From a virus: a DNA stretch of 64,000 nucleotides. The stretch's first letter is position 1. The number at the start of each line of letters is the position of its first letter. The notes beneath the pieces were generated by a model. That model worked only from the letters and a program-made list of their open reading frames with translations, had not been told where the DNA came from and did no database searches. Positions 36,187 through 45,223 of the stretch are shown here, in pieces. Both the position numbers and the translations under genes were made by a program. The stretch is from IMG/VR virus record IMGVR_UViG_3300029203_000004. One strand, given 5' to 3'.

Positions 36187-37350
36187 ATGAATAAGATAGT
36201 TTTTGATAGAAAAGTTTTATATTCAACGTTAAACTCAGCCAAAGCCTGCCTTTCCGATACAGGCTTGACGATACTTAAATGTTTCCGTTTTAAATATGTA
36301 GCATCAGAAAATTCAATAGAGGTTACTTCATACAATAACCTTAATGAGATGCGTTTGATCATTCCAGTTGTTGATTCAGACTGTAATGACGGACAGGAGT
36401 TTGCAGTAGACGGAATAAGACTTGTAAAGCTGCTCAAAACAGTAAAGGATTCCATTGTTACGGTAAAGATATATGATAAGGATATAATATTCTCTTACAA
36501 TGGCAGTGAAGCGTCTTTCTTTGCGGAAGATGTAGAATCTTATCCTGATATTAAAATGGGTAAGCGTGGTACCGGGATAAGGGTCAACTTGAACAGGAAT
36601 GATCTGTATAGAGCATTAAAAAGGAACATAGGATTTAATGATATCAGTGACGTTGTGACCAGCCTTAGTGGAGTGGGGATAAATTTTATTTGTTCCAATA
36701 ATTGCATTGATATATGTTCGTCCGATAAGATTGTATTTGTAAGAGATGTTATAGAATGTCAGCCGGATATATCCAAGGACTTGTGCATAAATGTAATGCC
36801 TACTTCGGTAAAGGAAGCGTTATCTTTTCTTGAGATGTTGTCAGAAGAAAATGTAACTGTTTCTGTATCTGATGATGAAAGGGTGATGTCTATATATTAT
36901 GGGGATTTCGGTTCTGTCTTTAATTGTACGCTGATGGAGGTTAAGTTTGTAAACTACACACCATTGGTAAACAATATAAAATCAAACTTTAATTACTTTA
37001 TTAAAGCAAGAAATAGCGACTTGATAGATTCCCTTTCAAGAATAAAGGTAATGTCAGATGTGTATAACATATCACATTTTGTTTGCAGGGAGGGGGATAA
37101 TAAAATGGATATAACATACACAAATGATGCAGGGTATAAAATATCGGAAAATGTCGGAATTGAAGGATATTGTCAAGGGCGTTTGGATTGCAATCTGAAT
37201 ATTGAAAAGATGATTAACGCATTGAAGGTGTTCCCTGGGGATTATGTTACATTGGCATATACCAATCCTGATAATAATGCTCCTATATGTATCATTAACG
37301 AAGAGGGAGATTATAAATTAATGGGCGTAGTAAACATTTTTAAGAGTTGA
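36187..37350 (+). CDS. DNA polymerase sliding-clamp (beta-clamp)-like protein
   Basis: Its ~390-aa size, N-terminus ..FDRKVLYSTLNSAKACLSDTGLTILKCFRFKYVASENSIEVTSYN (DnaN-like opening) and replication context support the call. Not verified by search. Confidence 0.5.
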   Translation: MNKIVFDRKVLYSTLNSAKACLSDTGLTILKCFRFKYVASENSIEVTSYNNLNEMRLIIPVVDSDCNDGQEFAVDGIRLVKLLKTVKDSIVTVKIYDKDIIFSYNGSEASFFAEDVESYPDIKMGKRGTGIRVNLNRNDLYRALKRNIGFNDISDVVTSLSGVGINFICSNNCIDICSSDKIVFVRDVIECQPDISKDLCINVMPTSVKEALSFLEMLSEENVTVSVSDDERVMSIYYGDFGSVFNCTLMEVKFVNYTPLVNNIKSNFNYFIKARNSDLIDSLSRIKVMSDVYNISHFVCREGDNKMDITYTNDAGYKISENVGIEGYCQGRLDCNLNIEKMINALKVFPGDYVTLAYTNPDNNAPICIINEEGDYKLMGVVNIFKS

Positions 37351-37386
37351 TAACTATCGTTTAACCTATCGAATATACCGTTTTAT

Positions 37387-37394
37387 TATTTTTG
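37387..37394 (+). promoter_or_regulatory. -7 promoter box TAttTTTG
   Basis: 20 nt upstream of the recombinase ATG (37414). Confidence 0.45.
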
Positions 37395-37413
37395 CAACAA
37401 AAATATATAACTT

Positions 37414-38487
37414 ATGGAAAACGAAGAAAGAACAATTCAGATTCTCGCTGAAACAATAGATAGGTTAAACAAGACTATAGAATCACAGAACAGTCTGATT
37501 GAGGATTTAAGAAACAGACTTGAAACAATTCAGAACGAATATAGCCCTTCAATTATGACTGTAGGCGTATTGATAGAAAAATTGAATAATACAAAGACAA
37601 GAAGCGGAAAGGTAAGATTTGAAGCATTATCAAAACATATAATGCCATATCTTACCAATCAGCTTTATGACGAGTATGATTTTGATGATGCCATTCCTAT
37701 GTTCAAGGAAGTCCCGTCCGTTGAAAAGCCTGTCAATCGTGACATGATAGATGATATGATCAATGTTATAAAATCAAAGAGAAAGATAAGCGAATCATCC
37801 CAAAAGGCATATCTTTTAATGCTTAAAAGAATATTGTCCGAATCAAAAGAGATGAGCAAATATATCAATGATTATATTATCTCACTGAACGTAAAATCTC
37901 CTTCAAATATATCTCTTACGGATGAAGAAATAGAATTATTCTGGAATGTCGAGCCGTTTAACGTTACAGAAAAAATTGTAAAGAAATTGTTTCTGATTCA
38001 ATGCTATACTGCCATGAGATATTCCGATATTTTCAGATTGAAAGATTCTATGATGGAGGGAAATGTTATTTCGTATATATCAAAAAAGACAGGTAAGAAC
38101 GTTGAGGTTCCTGTACCTTCCAAGATTATAGAAATGATAAAAGAGGTTAGATCGTTCGATAAATACAACATAGAATCTTCCTTAAAGACTACTATGAATG
38201 AAGTTCTACCAACTCTTGGATGTAGAGCAGGTATAAACAAGCAGGTATTTGTAAGACGGGCAAATGTACTCATGAAAGGCCCGAAGTACCAGTTCATCAA
38301 AACACATACAGGACGTAGAACAGCTATTACAAGATGGGCTAATATGGGAATACCAGAAGGAGAACTTAAATCTATGGCTGGTCATTCTGATATAAGAACC
38401 ACGAACAGATATATTACTGCAAGCGTATCAAATAAAACTAAAAATATTTTAACGGATGGAAATTTTGGAGAATGTGCTGTCAATTGA
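37414..38487 (+). CDS. int: tyrosine recombinase / phage integrase family protein
   Basis: AMRYSDI (Arg), HTGRRTAITRW (H-x-x-R), GHSDIRTTNRYI (His...Tyr nucleophile). Confidence 0.85.
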   Translation: MENEERTIQILAETIDRLNKTIESQNSLIEDLRNRLETIQNEYSPSIMTVGVLIEKLNNTKTRSGKVRFEALSKHIMPYLTNQLYDEYDFDDAIPMFKEVPSVEKPVNRDMIDDMINVIKSKRKISESSQKAYLLMLKRILSESKEMSKYINDYIISLNVKSPSNISLTDEEIELFWNVEPFNVTEKIVKKLFLIQCYTAMRYSDIFRLKDSMMEGNVISYISKKTGKNVEVPVPSKIIEMIKEVRSFDKYNIESSLKTTMNEVLPTLGCRAGINKQVFVRRANVLMKGPKYQFIKTHTGRRTAITRWANMGIPEGELKSMAGHSDIRTTNRYITASVSNKTKNILTDGNFGECAVN

Positions 38488-38860
38488 AAAAATGAAACAC
38501 CTGCAAGAACTTGGAGTGAATACAGGTAACGCATCAATGACTTGGATGTTATATCCTTATGAGGAAGGGAAACAACCACAATTATCTTTACGAGAGTGGA
38601 AAACTTTCAAGGAACCGTTCAGAAAAGAACATTGTATTCCTGCATTTACTTTTCTTGACATCTTGGAACTGTTACCAAAAGAGATAAAAACAGGAACGGA
38701 TACTTATTGGATTACAATGTACTTTAGTGACAATTGTTGGCATATATGTTATTCCATGTCTGACGAGTTTGATTATTATCAAGAATTTTTATCTTGCTCA
38801 TTAATAGATGCAGCTTATGAAATGCTATGTTGGTGCGTTGAGGAAAGATTAATATCATAA
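38456..38860 (+). CDS. hypothetical protein, paralog of 39704..39970
   Basis: Shared VLS..KMKHLQELG, LDILE.LP and IDAAYEMLCWC.E. Confidence 0.6.
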   Translation: MEILENVLSIEKMKHLQELGVNTGNASMTWMLYPYEEGKQPQLSLREWKTFKEPFRKEHCIPAFTFLDILELLPKEIKTGTDTYWITMYFSDNCWHICYSMSDEFDYYQEFLSCSLIDAAYEMLCWCVEERLIS

Positions 38861-38894
38861 AGATAAAACGGAATTAATTAAAAACGAATTAGAA

Positions 38895-39014
38895 ATGAAT
38901 GATGGAGTTCACTTTGACCAAAATGGTAACGAGGTAATCGTAATCAATGGATTTGAATATTCACGAGAAGAATTTGATTCCCTTGTGAATATATGTGGAG
39001 ATTGCAATATATAA
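38895..39014 (+). CDS. possible small protein (39 aa)
   Basis: Hand translation gives MNDGVHFDQNGNEVIVINGFEYSREEFDSLVNICGDCNI. Confidence 0.3.
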   Translation: MNDGVHFDQNGNEVIVINGFEYSREEFDSLVNICGDCNI

Positions 39015-39027
39015 TAACAAGAAAGTA

Positions 39028-39087
39028 ATGAGTAAAACAACAATTTATTACCTATTCCTAGTAGTAATGTATATGCTGCTAGGATAG
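39028..39087 (+). CDS. conserved 19-aa hydrophobic peptide (copy of 20179..20238)
   Basis: MSKTTIYYLFLVVMYMLLG. Confidence 0.3.
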   Translation: MSKTTIYYLFLVVMYMLLG

Positions 39088-39102
39088 GTGGAAAGGAGAG
39101 AT

Positions 39103-39495
39103 ATGAAACATACAGTAGAAGATGCAGCGAAGGAAGCGGCAGAAGATTGTTATGAATGCCAATACGATAATAGCTTAGAAATGAGGTTGGTTAAAGAGGC
39201 ATTCAGACAAGGTGCCGAATGGCAGTCAAAGCAATCGCCTTGGATAAGTGTAAAGGAACGGTTGCCAGAGCCTAACAAGATTGTCCTTTGCAGAATGGTA
39301 TCAAATGGAGCGATTGTTAGTGGCTATATCGTTGTTTCATCCGGGAGATCGCCATACGTTGCGACAGACGGAGGATTTGAATTTGAGGATTGGAACGACT
39401 ACGAGTGTGACATGTGGATGCCCATTCCTTCTTTCGATGATATACTCGAAGCCAACAAGGATGTGCTGGAACGGATTAAACAGAAAGGAGATTGA
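39103..39495 (+). CDS. DUF551 domain protein
   Basis: SPWISVKERLPEPNKIVLCRM is the DUF551 signature (W.svkdrLPe...vl.). Confidence 0.65.
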   Translation: MKHTVEDAAKEAAEDCYECQYDNSLEMRLVKEAFRQGAEWQSKQSPWISVKERLPEPNKIVLCRMVSNGAIVSGYIVVSSGRSPYVATDGGFEFEDWNDYECDMWMPIPSFDDILEANKDVLERIKQKGD

Positions 39496-39500
39496 ACGGT

Positions 39501-39707
39501 ATGAAAGTCAAGAACGGAATAATAATAGACGGAGTGCTACATGAATTGCGAGTTGGAATATGTGATGAGTGCTCATTACAAAATGAGTGCGATGATAGTT
39601 CAGAAATCATTTGCGATATAGCTTACGAAAACCAAAACATGGACCAGTGCTTTGTCAGTCGTGGGAAAATAACAGATATTAAGATAGATAAGGAGGAAAA
39701 GAAATGA
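39501..39707 (+). CDS. Cys-rich 68-aa protein (NGIIIDGVLHE family), copy 2 of 3
   Basis: Near-identical to 20624..20824. Confidence 0.6.
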   Translation: MKVKNGIIIDGVLHELRVGICDECSLQNECDDSSEIICDIAYENQNMDQCFVSRGKITDIKIDKEEKK

Positions 39708-39970
39708 AACAGGTATTGTCATTCAAGCAAATGAAGCATTTACAAGAACTTGGATTATACCATATCTACACCTTGCAGGATATTCTCGATAAGCTGCCTT
39801 GCTTTATTGGCAATCAAGTGCTTACCATCCAAAAACTTGCGGATAGCTATACGTGCTTGTATATGGAATCTTATAAGATTACAGAGAGTAAAGAACTCAT
39901 TGATGCAGCATACGATATGTTGTGCTGGTGCATTGAAAACGGATATGTTAAAGTTGGGAAGAAGGAATAA
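39704..39970 (+). CDS. hypothetical protein (88 aa)
   Basis: ORF track; ATGA coupling. Confidence 0.6.
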   Translation: MKQVLSFKQMKHLQELGLYHIYTLQDILDKLPCFIGNQVLTIQKLADSYTCLYMESYKITESKELIDAAYDMLCWCIENGYVKVGKKE

Positions 39971-39972
39971 CA

Positions 39973-40131
39973 ATGAAAGCAAGAATAAAAAGAAAAATAC
40001 AAAAAAGACCATTCCTATACAATGTAGGACAAGTTTTTAAGGCTTGTGATTGGCTTACTGAAATTCAGCGTGGAAATATAGTTTGGCATCGGTATCATTC
40101 ATTCGGTACTATTACTAAGCGTTATGTTTAA
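39973..40131 (+). CDS. possible small basic protein (52 aa)
   Basis: Hand translation gives MKARIKRKIQKRPFLYNVGQVFKACDWLTEIQRGNIVWHRYHSFGTITKRYV; shares the MKAR start with the next gene. Confidence 0.35.
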   Translation: MKARIKRKIQKRPFLYNVGQVFKACDWLTEIQRGNIVWHRYHSFGTITKRYV

Positions 40132-40146
40132 ATAAATGATTAAACA

Positions 40147-40425
40147 ATGAAAGCAAGAGTAAAATTAACAGGAGAAATTGTAAATATCAAGGATTTATAT
40201 GATGATGGCACTGCATTGGTGAATGATAAATATTTAAAAATATCAGAACTTGATTTCTTTAGTGAAACTATCGACTGGGAACAGCGTAGATACGAATTGG
40301 CAAAAGAAATCGTTAATGTGGTTATAGCAAACGATATTGGTGTTTGTTCTGATGTAGCTGCTAAATATTCGGTTAATTGTGCTAATGCCATAATTAAAAG
40401 ATTAAAGGAGGTGAATAATGAATAG
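40147..40425 (+). CDS. hypothetical protein (92 aa)
   Basis: ORF track. Confidence 0.6.
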   Translation: MKARVKLTGEIVNIKDLYDDGTALVNDKYLKISELDFFSETIDWEQRRYELAKEIVNVVIANDIGVCSDVAAKYSVNCANAIIKRLKEVNNE

Positions 40426-40624
40426 CGTACAGACACAAACACTTTCCATTAAAGGAGATGGAGGTGGCGAAGCGTATATTGACTTTTGCGATGGACAATT
40501 ATGTGTTTCTGTTGTCATAGAAGGAAAACAGGCGGATTTTCACTTTGAACCTGTCACTCTAGGAATGTTTGCCCATGCTTACAAGCTGCATTGTGAAGAG
40601 TGTGAAAAGAAGAAAGGAGAATAA
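40418..40624 (+). CDS. hypothetical protein (68 aa)
   Basis: ORF track. Confidence 0.55.
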   Translation: MNSVQTQTLSIKGDGGGEAYIDFCDGQLCVSVVIEGKQADFHFEPVTLGMFAHAYKLHCEECEKKKGE

Positions 40625-40626
40625 CC

Positions 40627-40971
40627 ATGAAAGTGTTAAGAGATAAAACTCCTGTCGCTCGTAAAGAGCACAGGTGCAATTTTTGCGGTGGAGTAATTTC
40701 CATTGGAGAAAAATACAACAGACAGACCAATGTTTATGACGGTCGTGTTTATGACTGGGTATCCCACTGTGAATGTTCCGAGTTAGCCTGTGAACTTAAT
40801 ATGTTTGATGATTGCGATGAAGGACTTGACGATGATGGATTTATTGATAGACTTGATCAGTATGTTTACGACAATCATTATGACGATAAAATAGATGATA
40901 TTGCGAAGGATTGGCAATTACCACGTTATGAATTAGTAAAGAAAGTATTGAATGAATTAAACAAGAAATAG
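40627..40971 (+). CDS. zinc-ribbon protein (114 aa)
   Basis: HRCNFCGG...SHCEC. Confidence 0.6.
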   Translation: MKVLRDKTPVARKEHRCNFCGGVISIGEKYNRQTNVYDGRVYDWVSHCECSELACELNMFDDCDEGLDDDGFIDRLDQYVYDNHYDDKIDDIAKDWQLPRYELVKKVLNELNKK

Positions 40972-40973
40972 TT

Positions 40974-41267
40974 ATGACCGAAGAACTTGTGACATTGGAA
41001 ACAGCAAAGTTGCTGAAAGAGAAAGGGATGTTTATAGATATAGAATTTCCTCCACAATCCGTTGCCCAAAAGTGGCTACGTGAAACTAAGAACATTCATA
41101 TATGTATATACAACTGTGCCTGTGGTTATGGATACGAAATATCTAAAGCTGACAATGGAACTCATATAGCTAGTTCTGCTTATAAAGAAACAAATGACGG
41201 AGAAAAATGGGATACCTATGAGGAAGCACTGGAAGCTGGTTTACAGGAAGCATTAAAACTTATATAA
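40974..41267 (+). CDS. hypothetical protein, paralog of 21939..22325
   Basis: MTEELVTLETAKLLKEKG...EEALEAGLQEALKLI. Confidence 0.6.
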   Translation: MTEELVTLETAKLLKEKGMFIDIEFPPQSVAQKWLRETKNIHICIYNCACGYGYEISKADNGTHIASSAYKETNDGEKWDTYEEALEAGLQEALKLI

Positions 41268-41278
41268 AATGACGAAAA

Positions 41279-41488
41279 ATGAAAAGAATAGTTACTGTCC
41301 AAGATATGATTGACGAACTAATGTTAGTTGTCAATAAGGATGCTGAAATAAATATCGTAATGAATACAGGAGATTATCAAACTGAATACATTCCTGATCT
41401 ATATGATTTTTCTGTCATTGATTTTACTGATGTACATCCTGATGATGGAAACTCGGAAAATAAAGTGGTAATAGAAATGTTTCGTTAA
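41279..41488 (+). CDS. hypothetical protein (69 aa)
   Basis: ORF track. Confidence 0.55.
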   Translation: MKRIVTVQDMIDELMLVVNKDAEINIVMNTGDYQTEYIPDLYDFSVIDFTDVHPDDGNSENKVVIEMFR

Positions 41489-41522
41489 AAGAGAAATAAA
41501 TAACACTCAAAACATAAAAGAA

Positions 41523-42005
41523 ATGAATACAACTTTTGAAAGATCGTCTAATAGTACCGATGAATGGTACACACCGAAAGAAATTATAGACGCATTGGGT
41601 GAATTTGACCTTGATCCATGTGCTCCCATGCACCCTCTTTGGCCTACTGCAAAAATCATGTACAACAAGCAGGACAATGGTCTTATACAAAATTGGGGAG
41701 GGCGAATTTGGCTTAACCCTCCGTACTCCAAACCGCTTATGTGGCAGTTTGTAGAGAAATTGGCAGAACCCGGCAACGGTATAGCACTACTTTTTAACCG
41801 ATGTGACAGCAATAAGTTTCAAGACATCATCTTCAAGAAAGCAACCGGTATGATGTTTTTGAGGAATCGAATAAAATTCTTCCGTCCAGACGGAACTCGT
41901 GGGGATTCTCCTGGCTGTGGCAGTATTCTCATCGCTTTTGGTGAGGATAATGCAGAAATATTGAGAACCTGCGATATTGCAGGAAAGTACGTTAGAATCA
42001 ATTAG
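41523..42005 (+). CDS. phage Dam-family DNA N6-adenine methyltransferase
   Basis: STDEWYTPKEIIDALGEFDLDPCA and WLNPPYS (motif IV), with the size typical of the phage N6A-MTase family. Confidence 0.75.
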   Translation: MNTTFERSSNSTDEWYTPKEIIDALGEFDLDPCAPMHPLWPTAKIMYNKQDNGLIQNWGGRIWLNPPYSKPLMWQFVEKLAEPGNGIALLFNRCDSNKFQDIIFKKATGMMFLRNRIKFFRPDGTRGDSPGCGSILIAFGEDNAEILRTCDIAGKYVRIN

Positions 42006-42016
42006 AATGACAAAAA

Positions 42017-42337
42017 ATGAATAAGGAAGAATTTTTAAGCAAAAGATACGCCATTGATTTAAAGCTAAAAGAATTGAATGGAGAAAAGGAACAGTTGGAA
42101 AAGGAATACATTGAATCCAACCAAGTATTCCCTATTGGAAGCAAAGTCTGTATAACGGTCATGGCTCATGAAAGGATATTAGTTCCCGAAGCGAAGAAGT
42201 TAGCCTATATTGCAGATTATGATATTGATGATAACGGAGAGGTTGTACCCTCTTTAAGACAGTTGGATTGCAATGGGGGCATGTCAGCAATACCTTTATT
42301 TGTTAATTTAAAGAAGGCTATAATTAAATTGGTATGA
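42017..42337 (+). CDS. hypothetical protein, paralog of 19409..19759
   Basis: KEEF..K......K..ELNGE...LEKEYIESN..FPIGSKVCIT. Confidence 0.6.
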   Translation: MNKEEFLSKRYAIDLKLKELNGEKEQLEKEYIESNQVFPIGSKVCITVMAHERILVPEAKKLAYIADYDIDDNGEVVPSLRQLDCNGGMSAIPLFVNLKKAIIKLV

Positions 42338-43239
42338 AAGAAATAATAGATGAACAAATGGTTATGGATGAAAAAGAACAATTAGCCATTACTAGAATAC
42401 AAAAATTCAGTAAGATAGCTAAAACAATGGGGTTGGAAGTACATTTGGGTTTTTCGGGAGGAAAAGATAGTCAGGTATGTTATGACCTTTGTAAACGTGC
42501 CGGGATACCGTTCAAAGCCTTTTTCAACCATGCCTTTGAAAGTAATATTACATTAAGGTTCATAAAAGAAAACTATCCCGATGTAATATGGAGGCGTGAT
42601 TATAAATTCGGGTTTATACAAAATATATGGAAAAACCACAAATCCATCCTTCCTACTGTACAAATAGCTTATTGTTGCAAGGATTATAAGCACAACCCTA
42701 AATATGTGGATGCGTGCAGTATTACGGGAGTAAGGAAAGCTGAAAGTAGGAGTAGAAGTGCTAGGACGGCATTTGAAGCGAAAAACAAAACGACTTTAAA
42801 GAAAAACAAAGAATTGTTTGATTCCTATTTTGAAGAACATTGTCAGTCTATTGGTGCTACTTCCATCATACAATTAAAGCCTATTATAGATTGGACGGAT
42901 AAGGATGTATGGGATTATATCCATAAATATTCATTACCTATAAATCCCGAATATGATTATTGCAAAAGAGTTGGATGTATTGTTTGCCCGAAAGCAAATT
43001 TAAATAGTAATTACATAGGACTTATAAAATATCCAAAACTTATTGACGCCTTTATTTCTGCAAGAGAAATGAGGAATGACGTTGATTGGTTTATTAATAT
43101 TGATGAAACTGATTATTCCAATGATAAATGTTATTATATATGTCGGTGGTTAAATCATTCCTTCATGCCGTTCACAAAGAAGCAGGAAGAAAGGTATAAA
43201 CAGGTAAGAGAAATATATGATAAATTACATAACAAATAA
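42334..43239 (+). CDS. PAPS-reductase-like (PP-loop ATP pyrophosphatase) family protein
   Basis: The PP-loop GFSGGKDS sits near the N-terminus; the size is typical of phage PAPS-reductase-like proteins. Confidence 0.7.
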   Translation: MKEIIDEQMVMDEKEQLAITRIQKFSKIAKTMGLEVHLGFSGGKDSQVCYDLCKRAGIPFKAFFNHAFESNITLRFIKENYPDVIWRRDYKFGFIQNIWKNHKSILPTVQIAYCCKDYKHNPKYVDACSITGVRKAESRSRSARTAFEAKNKTTLKKNKELFDSYFEEHCQSIGATSIIQLKPIIDWTDKDVWDYIHKYSLPINPEYDYCKRVGCIVCPKANLNSNYIGLIKYPKLIDAFISAREMRNDVDWFINIDETDYSNDKCYYICRWLNHSFMPFTKKQEERYKQVREIYDKLHNK

Positions 43240-43241
43240 TT

Positions 43242-43667
43242 ATGGCTATTATAGGAATTGACTTTGACGGAACAGTCGTGACACACGACTTTCCTAAAAT
43301 CGGCAAGGACATAGGTGCCGTGCCTGTATTGAAAAAATTGGTTGAAAACGGACACAAACTTATCTTGTTTACCATGAGAAGTGATATTGATGAGGTGACT
43401 TCCGATGATTACAACATACACAAACAGGGAGGAAAGTATCTATCGGAAGCCGTAAAATGGTTTATGAACAACAACGTTCCCCTGTTCGGTATAAACGAGA
43501 ATCCTGAACAGCACGCATGGACCACATCACCCAAACCTTATTGTCACATATATATTGACGATGCGGCATTGGGATGTCCATTGAAATATGATGTAAACCT
43601 GTCAAACAGACCGTTTGTTGATTGGATGGAAGTAGAAAACACTCTTATAAAAAGAAAACTTATATGA
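43242..43667 (+). CDS. HAD-superfamily hydrolase-like protein
   Basis: N-terminal IGIDFDGTV (DxDGT nucleophile motif). Confidence 0.6.
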   Translation: MAIIGIDFDGTVVTHDFPKIGKDIGAVPVLKKLVENGHKLILFTMRSDIDEVTSDDYNIHKQGGKYLSEAVKWFMNNNVPLFGINENPEQHAWTTSPKPYCHIYIDDAALGCPLKYDVNLSNRPFVDWMEVENTLIKRKLI

Positions 43668-43891
43668 ATAATTTTAGATTATATATCGCCCGTGATGAAG
43701 GCATAAAGAAAGAAGGGGAATTGAACCTGTTCTATGACACCCCGCAACTTCTGTTTGATGTAGAAAACTGGACATCATACTGGGGAAATGCCCGAAAGAT
43801 AGCACAGATTCCATCATACATGTATCCGCAAGTCAAGGATAAAGAGTGTTATGTTTTCAAAAATCTTGAATTATACCAAAGTTTTAACTGA
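43664..43891 (+). CDS. hypothetical protein (75 aa), last gene of the plus-strand array
   Basis: The ATG at 43664 overlaps the upstream stop (ATGA). Confidence 0.55.
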   Translation: MNNFRLYIARDEGIKKEGELNLFYDTPQLLFDVENWTSYWGNARKIAQIPSYMYPQVKDKECYVFKNLELYQSFN

Positions 43892-43897
43892 TAAAAG

Positions 43898-43924
43898 AGA
43901 GGATAGGGAATTTCCCTATCTTCT
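43898..43924. terminator. Bidirectional hairpin at the convergence point (GATAGGG-AATTT-CCCTATC plus extension)
   Basis: Lies between the converging 43664..43891 (+) and 43916..44080 (-). Confidence 0.55.
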
Positions 43925-44080
43925 CTTTTCGTATTTTCTTTTCATTTTTCTTCTCTCCACCCGTGACATACCTATGCTTTGAGCAATACCGAACAGGATT
44001 TCCTTTTCCGAATCGTTAAGCATATCATACACTTCTTCTTTGCTCTTTCCGCTAATCATAGCCATAAAAATCTTTTTCAT
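43916..44080 (-). CDS. possible small protein (54 aa)
   Basis: Hand translation gives MKKIFMAMISGKSKEEVYDMLNDSEKEILFGIAQSIGMSRVERRKMKRKYEKRR; HTH-like middle. Confidence 0.35.
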   Translation of the reverse strand: MKKIFMAMISGKSKEEVYDMLNDSEKEILFGIAQSIGMSRVERRKMKRKYEKRR

Positions 44081-44086
44081 AGTGAT

Positions 44087-44497
44087 TTATTTTAGTTTTT
44101 TCTTACAACAATCGCAAATCTCGTCTTTTATAGGCTTTGTAAATAAAGCACCTACATATCCTGCAAGGTATCCGGCTTCTTCTGATGAAGGCTTTATGCC
44201 ATAATGATCAATTATATGACCAATCATGTGCTGTTTTTCATGCTCCAGTGTATTCATAAATTCTTCATCAGACGTACTGTGACTGATAATAATTACAGTG
44301 CACTTATTGTTTGAATACGTTACACCGTAATTGTATTTTTCAGTCTTTATCTTATCCGTTATCCTGTTCAGCAAATGAAAAGGACAGCCAATATATTCCA
44401 GTCTGTATATCGCTCTTAAATAAGAGTATTTATCCACAGAATAGAATACATCAACCGTCCAATCATATTCCTCAATGTATAGTCTTTGTCGTACCAT
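44087..44497 (-). CDS. HExxH-motif protein (putative small metallopeptidase-like, 136 aa)
   Basis: TLEHEKQHMIGH. Start set to MVRQRLY.., 5 nt after the upstream stop. Confidence 0.5.
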   Translation of the reverse strand: MVRQRLYIEEYDWTVDVFYSVDKYSYLRAIYRLEYIGCPFHLLNRITDKIKTEKYNYGVTYSNNKCTVIIISHSTSDEEFMNTLEHEKQHMIGHIIDHYGIKPSSEEAGYLAGYVGALFTKPIKDEICDCCKKKLK

Positions 44498-44502
44498 AGC
44501 AA

Positions 44503-44910
44503 TCAGATATAATCCTCCCAAGAGAAAGGTGTTCCACAGGCTATACACTTTGCATAATACTCGTCAAGAGCACGGGTAGGGCTTCCGTCAACATCGTCAA
44601 GATAGTCTTTTACAAACATACAGGCATATTGCTCATTGACTATGGATGAACCCATATAGTCGGCACGTACCATATTCAATACATAAACCTTGTTGTATTC
44701 CACATCATTCTTCAACTCAACATTGAATTGCTTCATCAATGCTTCTACTTGATCTTTGTCATACGGGTGTATTTTGTTTCCGTTCCTGTCTTTCATTTTG
44801 GAAACGGCATATTCACATAATTTCTTAGAGAAGTTCCATCCGTGTTCCGCAAGATATTTTTCCATTCCCGAAGGAAGTTTCTCATATACATCTAATCTCG
44901 TTCTTTCCAT
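44503..44910 (-). CDS. hypothetical protein (135 aa from MERTRL)
   Basis: A terminator hairpin at 44932-44956 argues against the longer ORF-track start. Confidence 0.6.
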   Translation of the reverse strand: MERTRLDVYEKLPSGMEKYLAEHGWNFSKKLCEYAVSKMKDRNGNKIHPYDKDQVEALMKQFNVELKNDVEYNKVYVLNMVRADYMGSSIVNEQYACMFVKDYLDDVDGSPTRALDEYYAKCIACGTPFSWEDYI

Positions 44911-44931
44911 AGCTTTTGTTTTTAAAAAGAT

Positions 44932-44956
44932 AGCCCGTAGCAAACCACTACGGGCT
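44932..44956 (-). terminator. Hairpin AGCCCGTA-(9 nt)-TACGGGCT
   Basis: 8-bp GC-rich stem just downstream of the stop of 44970..45218. Confidence 0.55.
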
Positions 44957-44969
44957 TAAACCAATTTAA

Positions 44970-45218
44970 TTAGCGTCTACGTCTGGCGTAAGGACCAGTA
45001 CCTTTGACTCCGCGTCTTTCTCCGTACTCATCATCATCATCCCACATTCTTTCGCCATAACCGCCTCCACTTCGTCCGCCACGTCCGCCACGTTCACCAT
45101 AGCGATCTTCCATTTCTTCCATAGCGTCACGATAACCTTCTTTATACGCTTTTTCTAATTCCCGGTCCATATCTTCACCTTCAAAGCTACGGCCCATTCC
45201 ATATACTTTCCAACCCAT
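44970..45218 (-). CDS. small Arg/Gly/Glu-rich low-complexity protein (82 aa)
   Basis: GERGGRGGRSGGGYGERMWDDDDEYGERRG. Confidence 0.55.
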   Translation of the reverse strand: MGWKVYGMGRSFEGEDMDRELEKAYKEGYRDAMEEMEDRYGERGGRGGRSGGGYGERMWDDDDEYGERRGVKGTGPYARRRR

Positions 45219-45223
45219 AGTGT

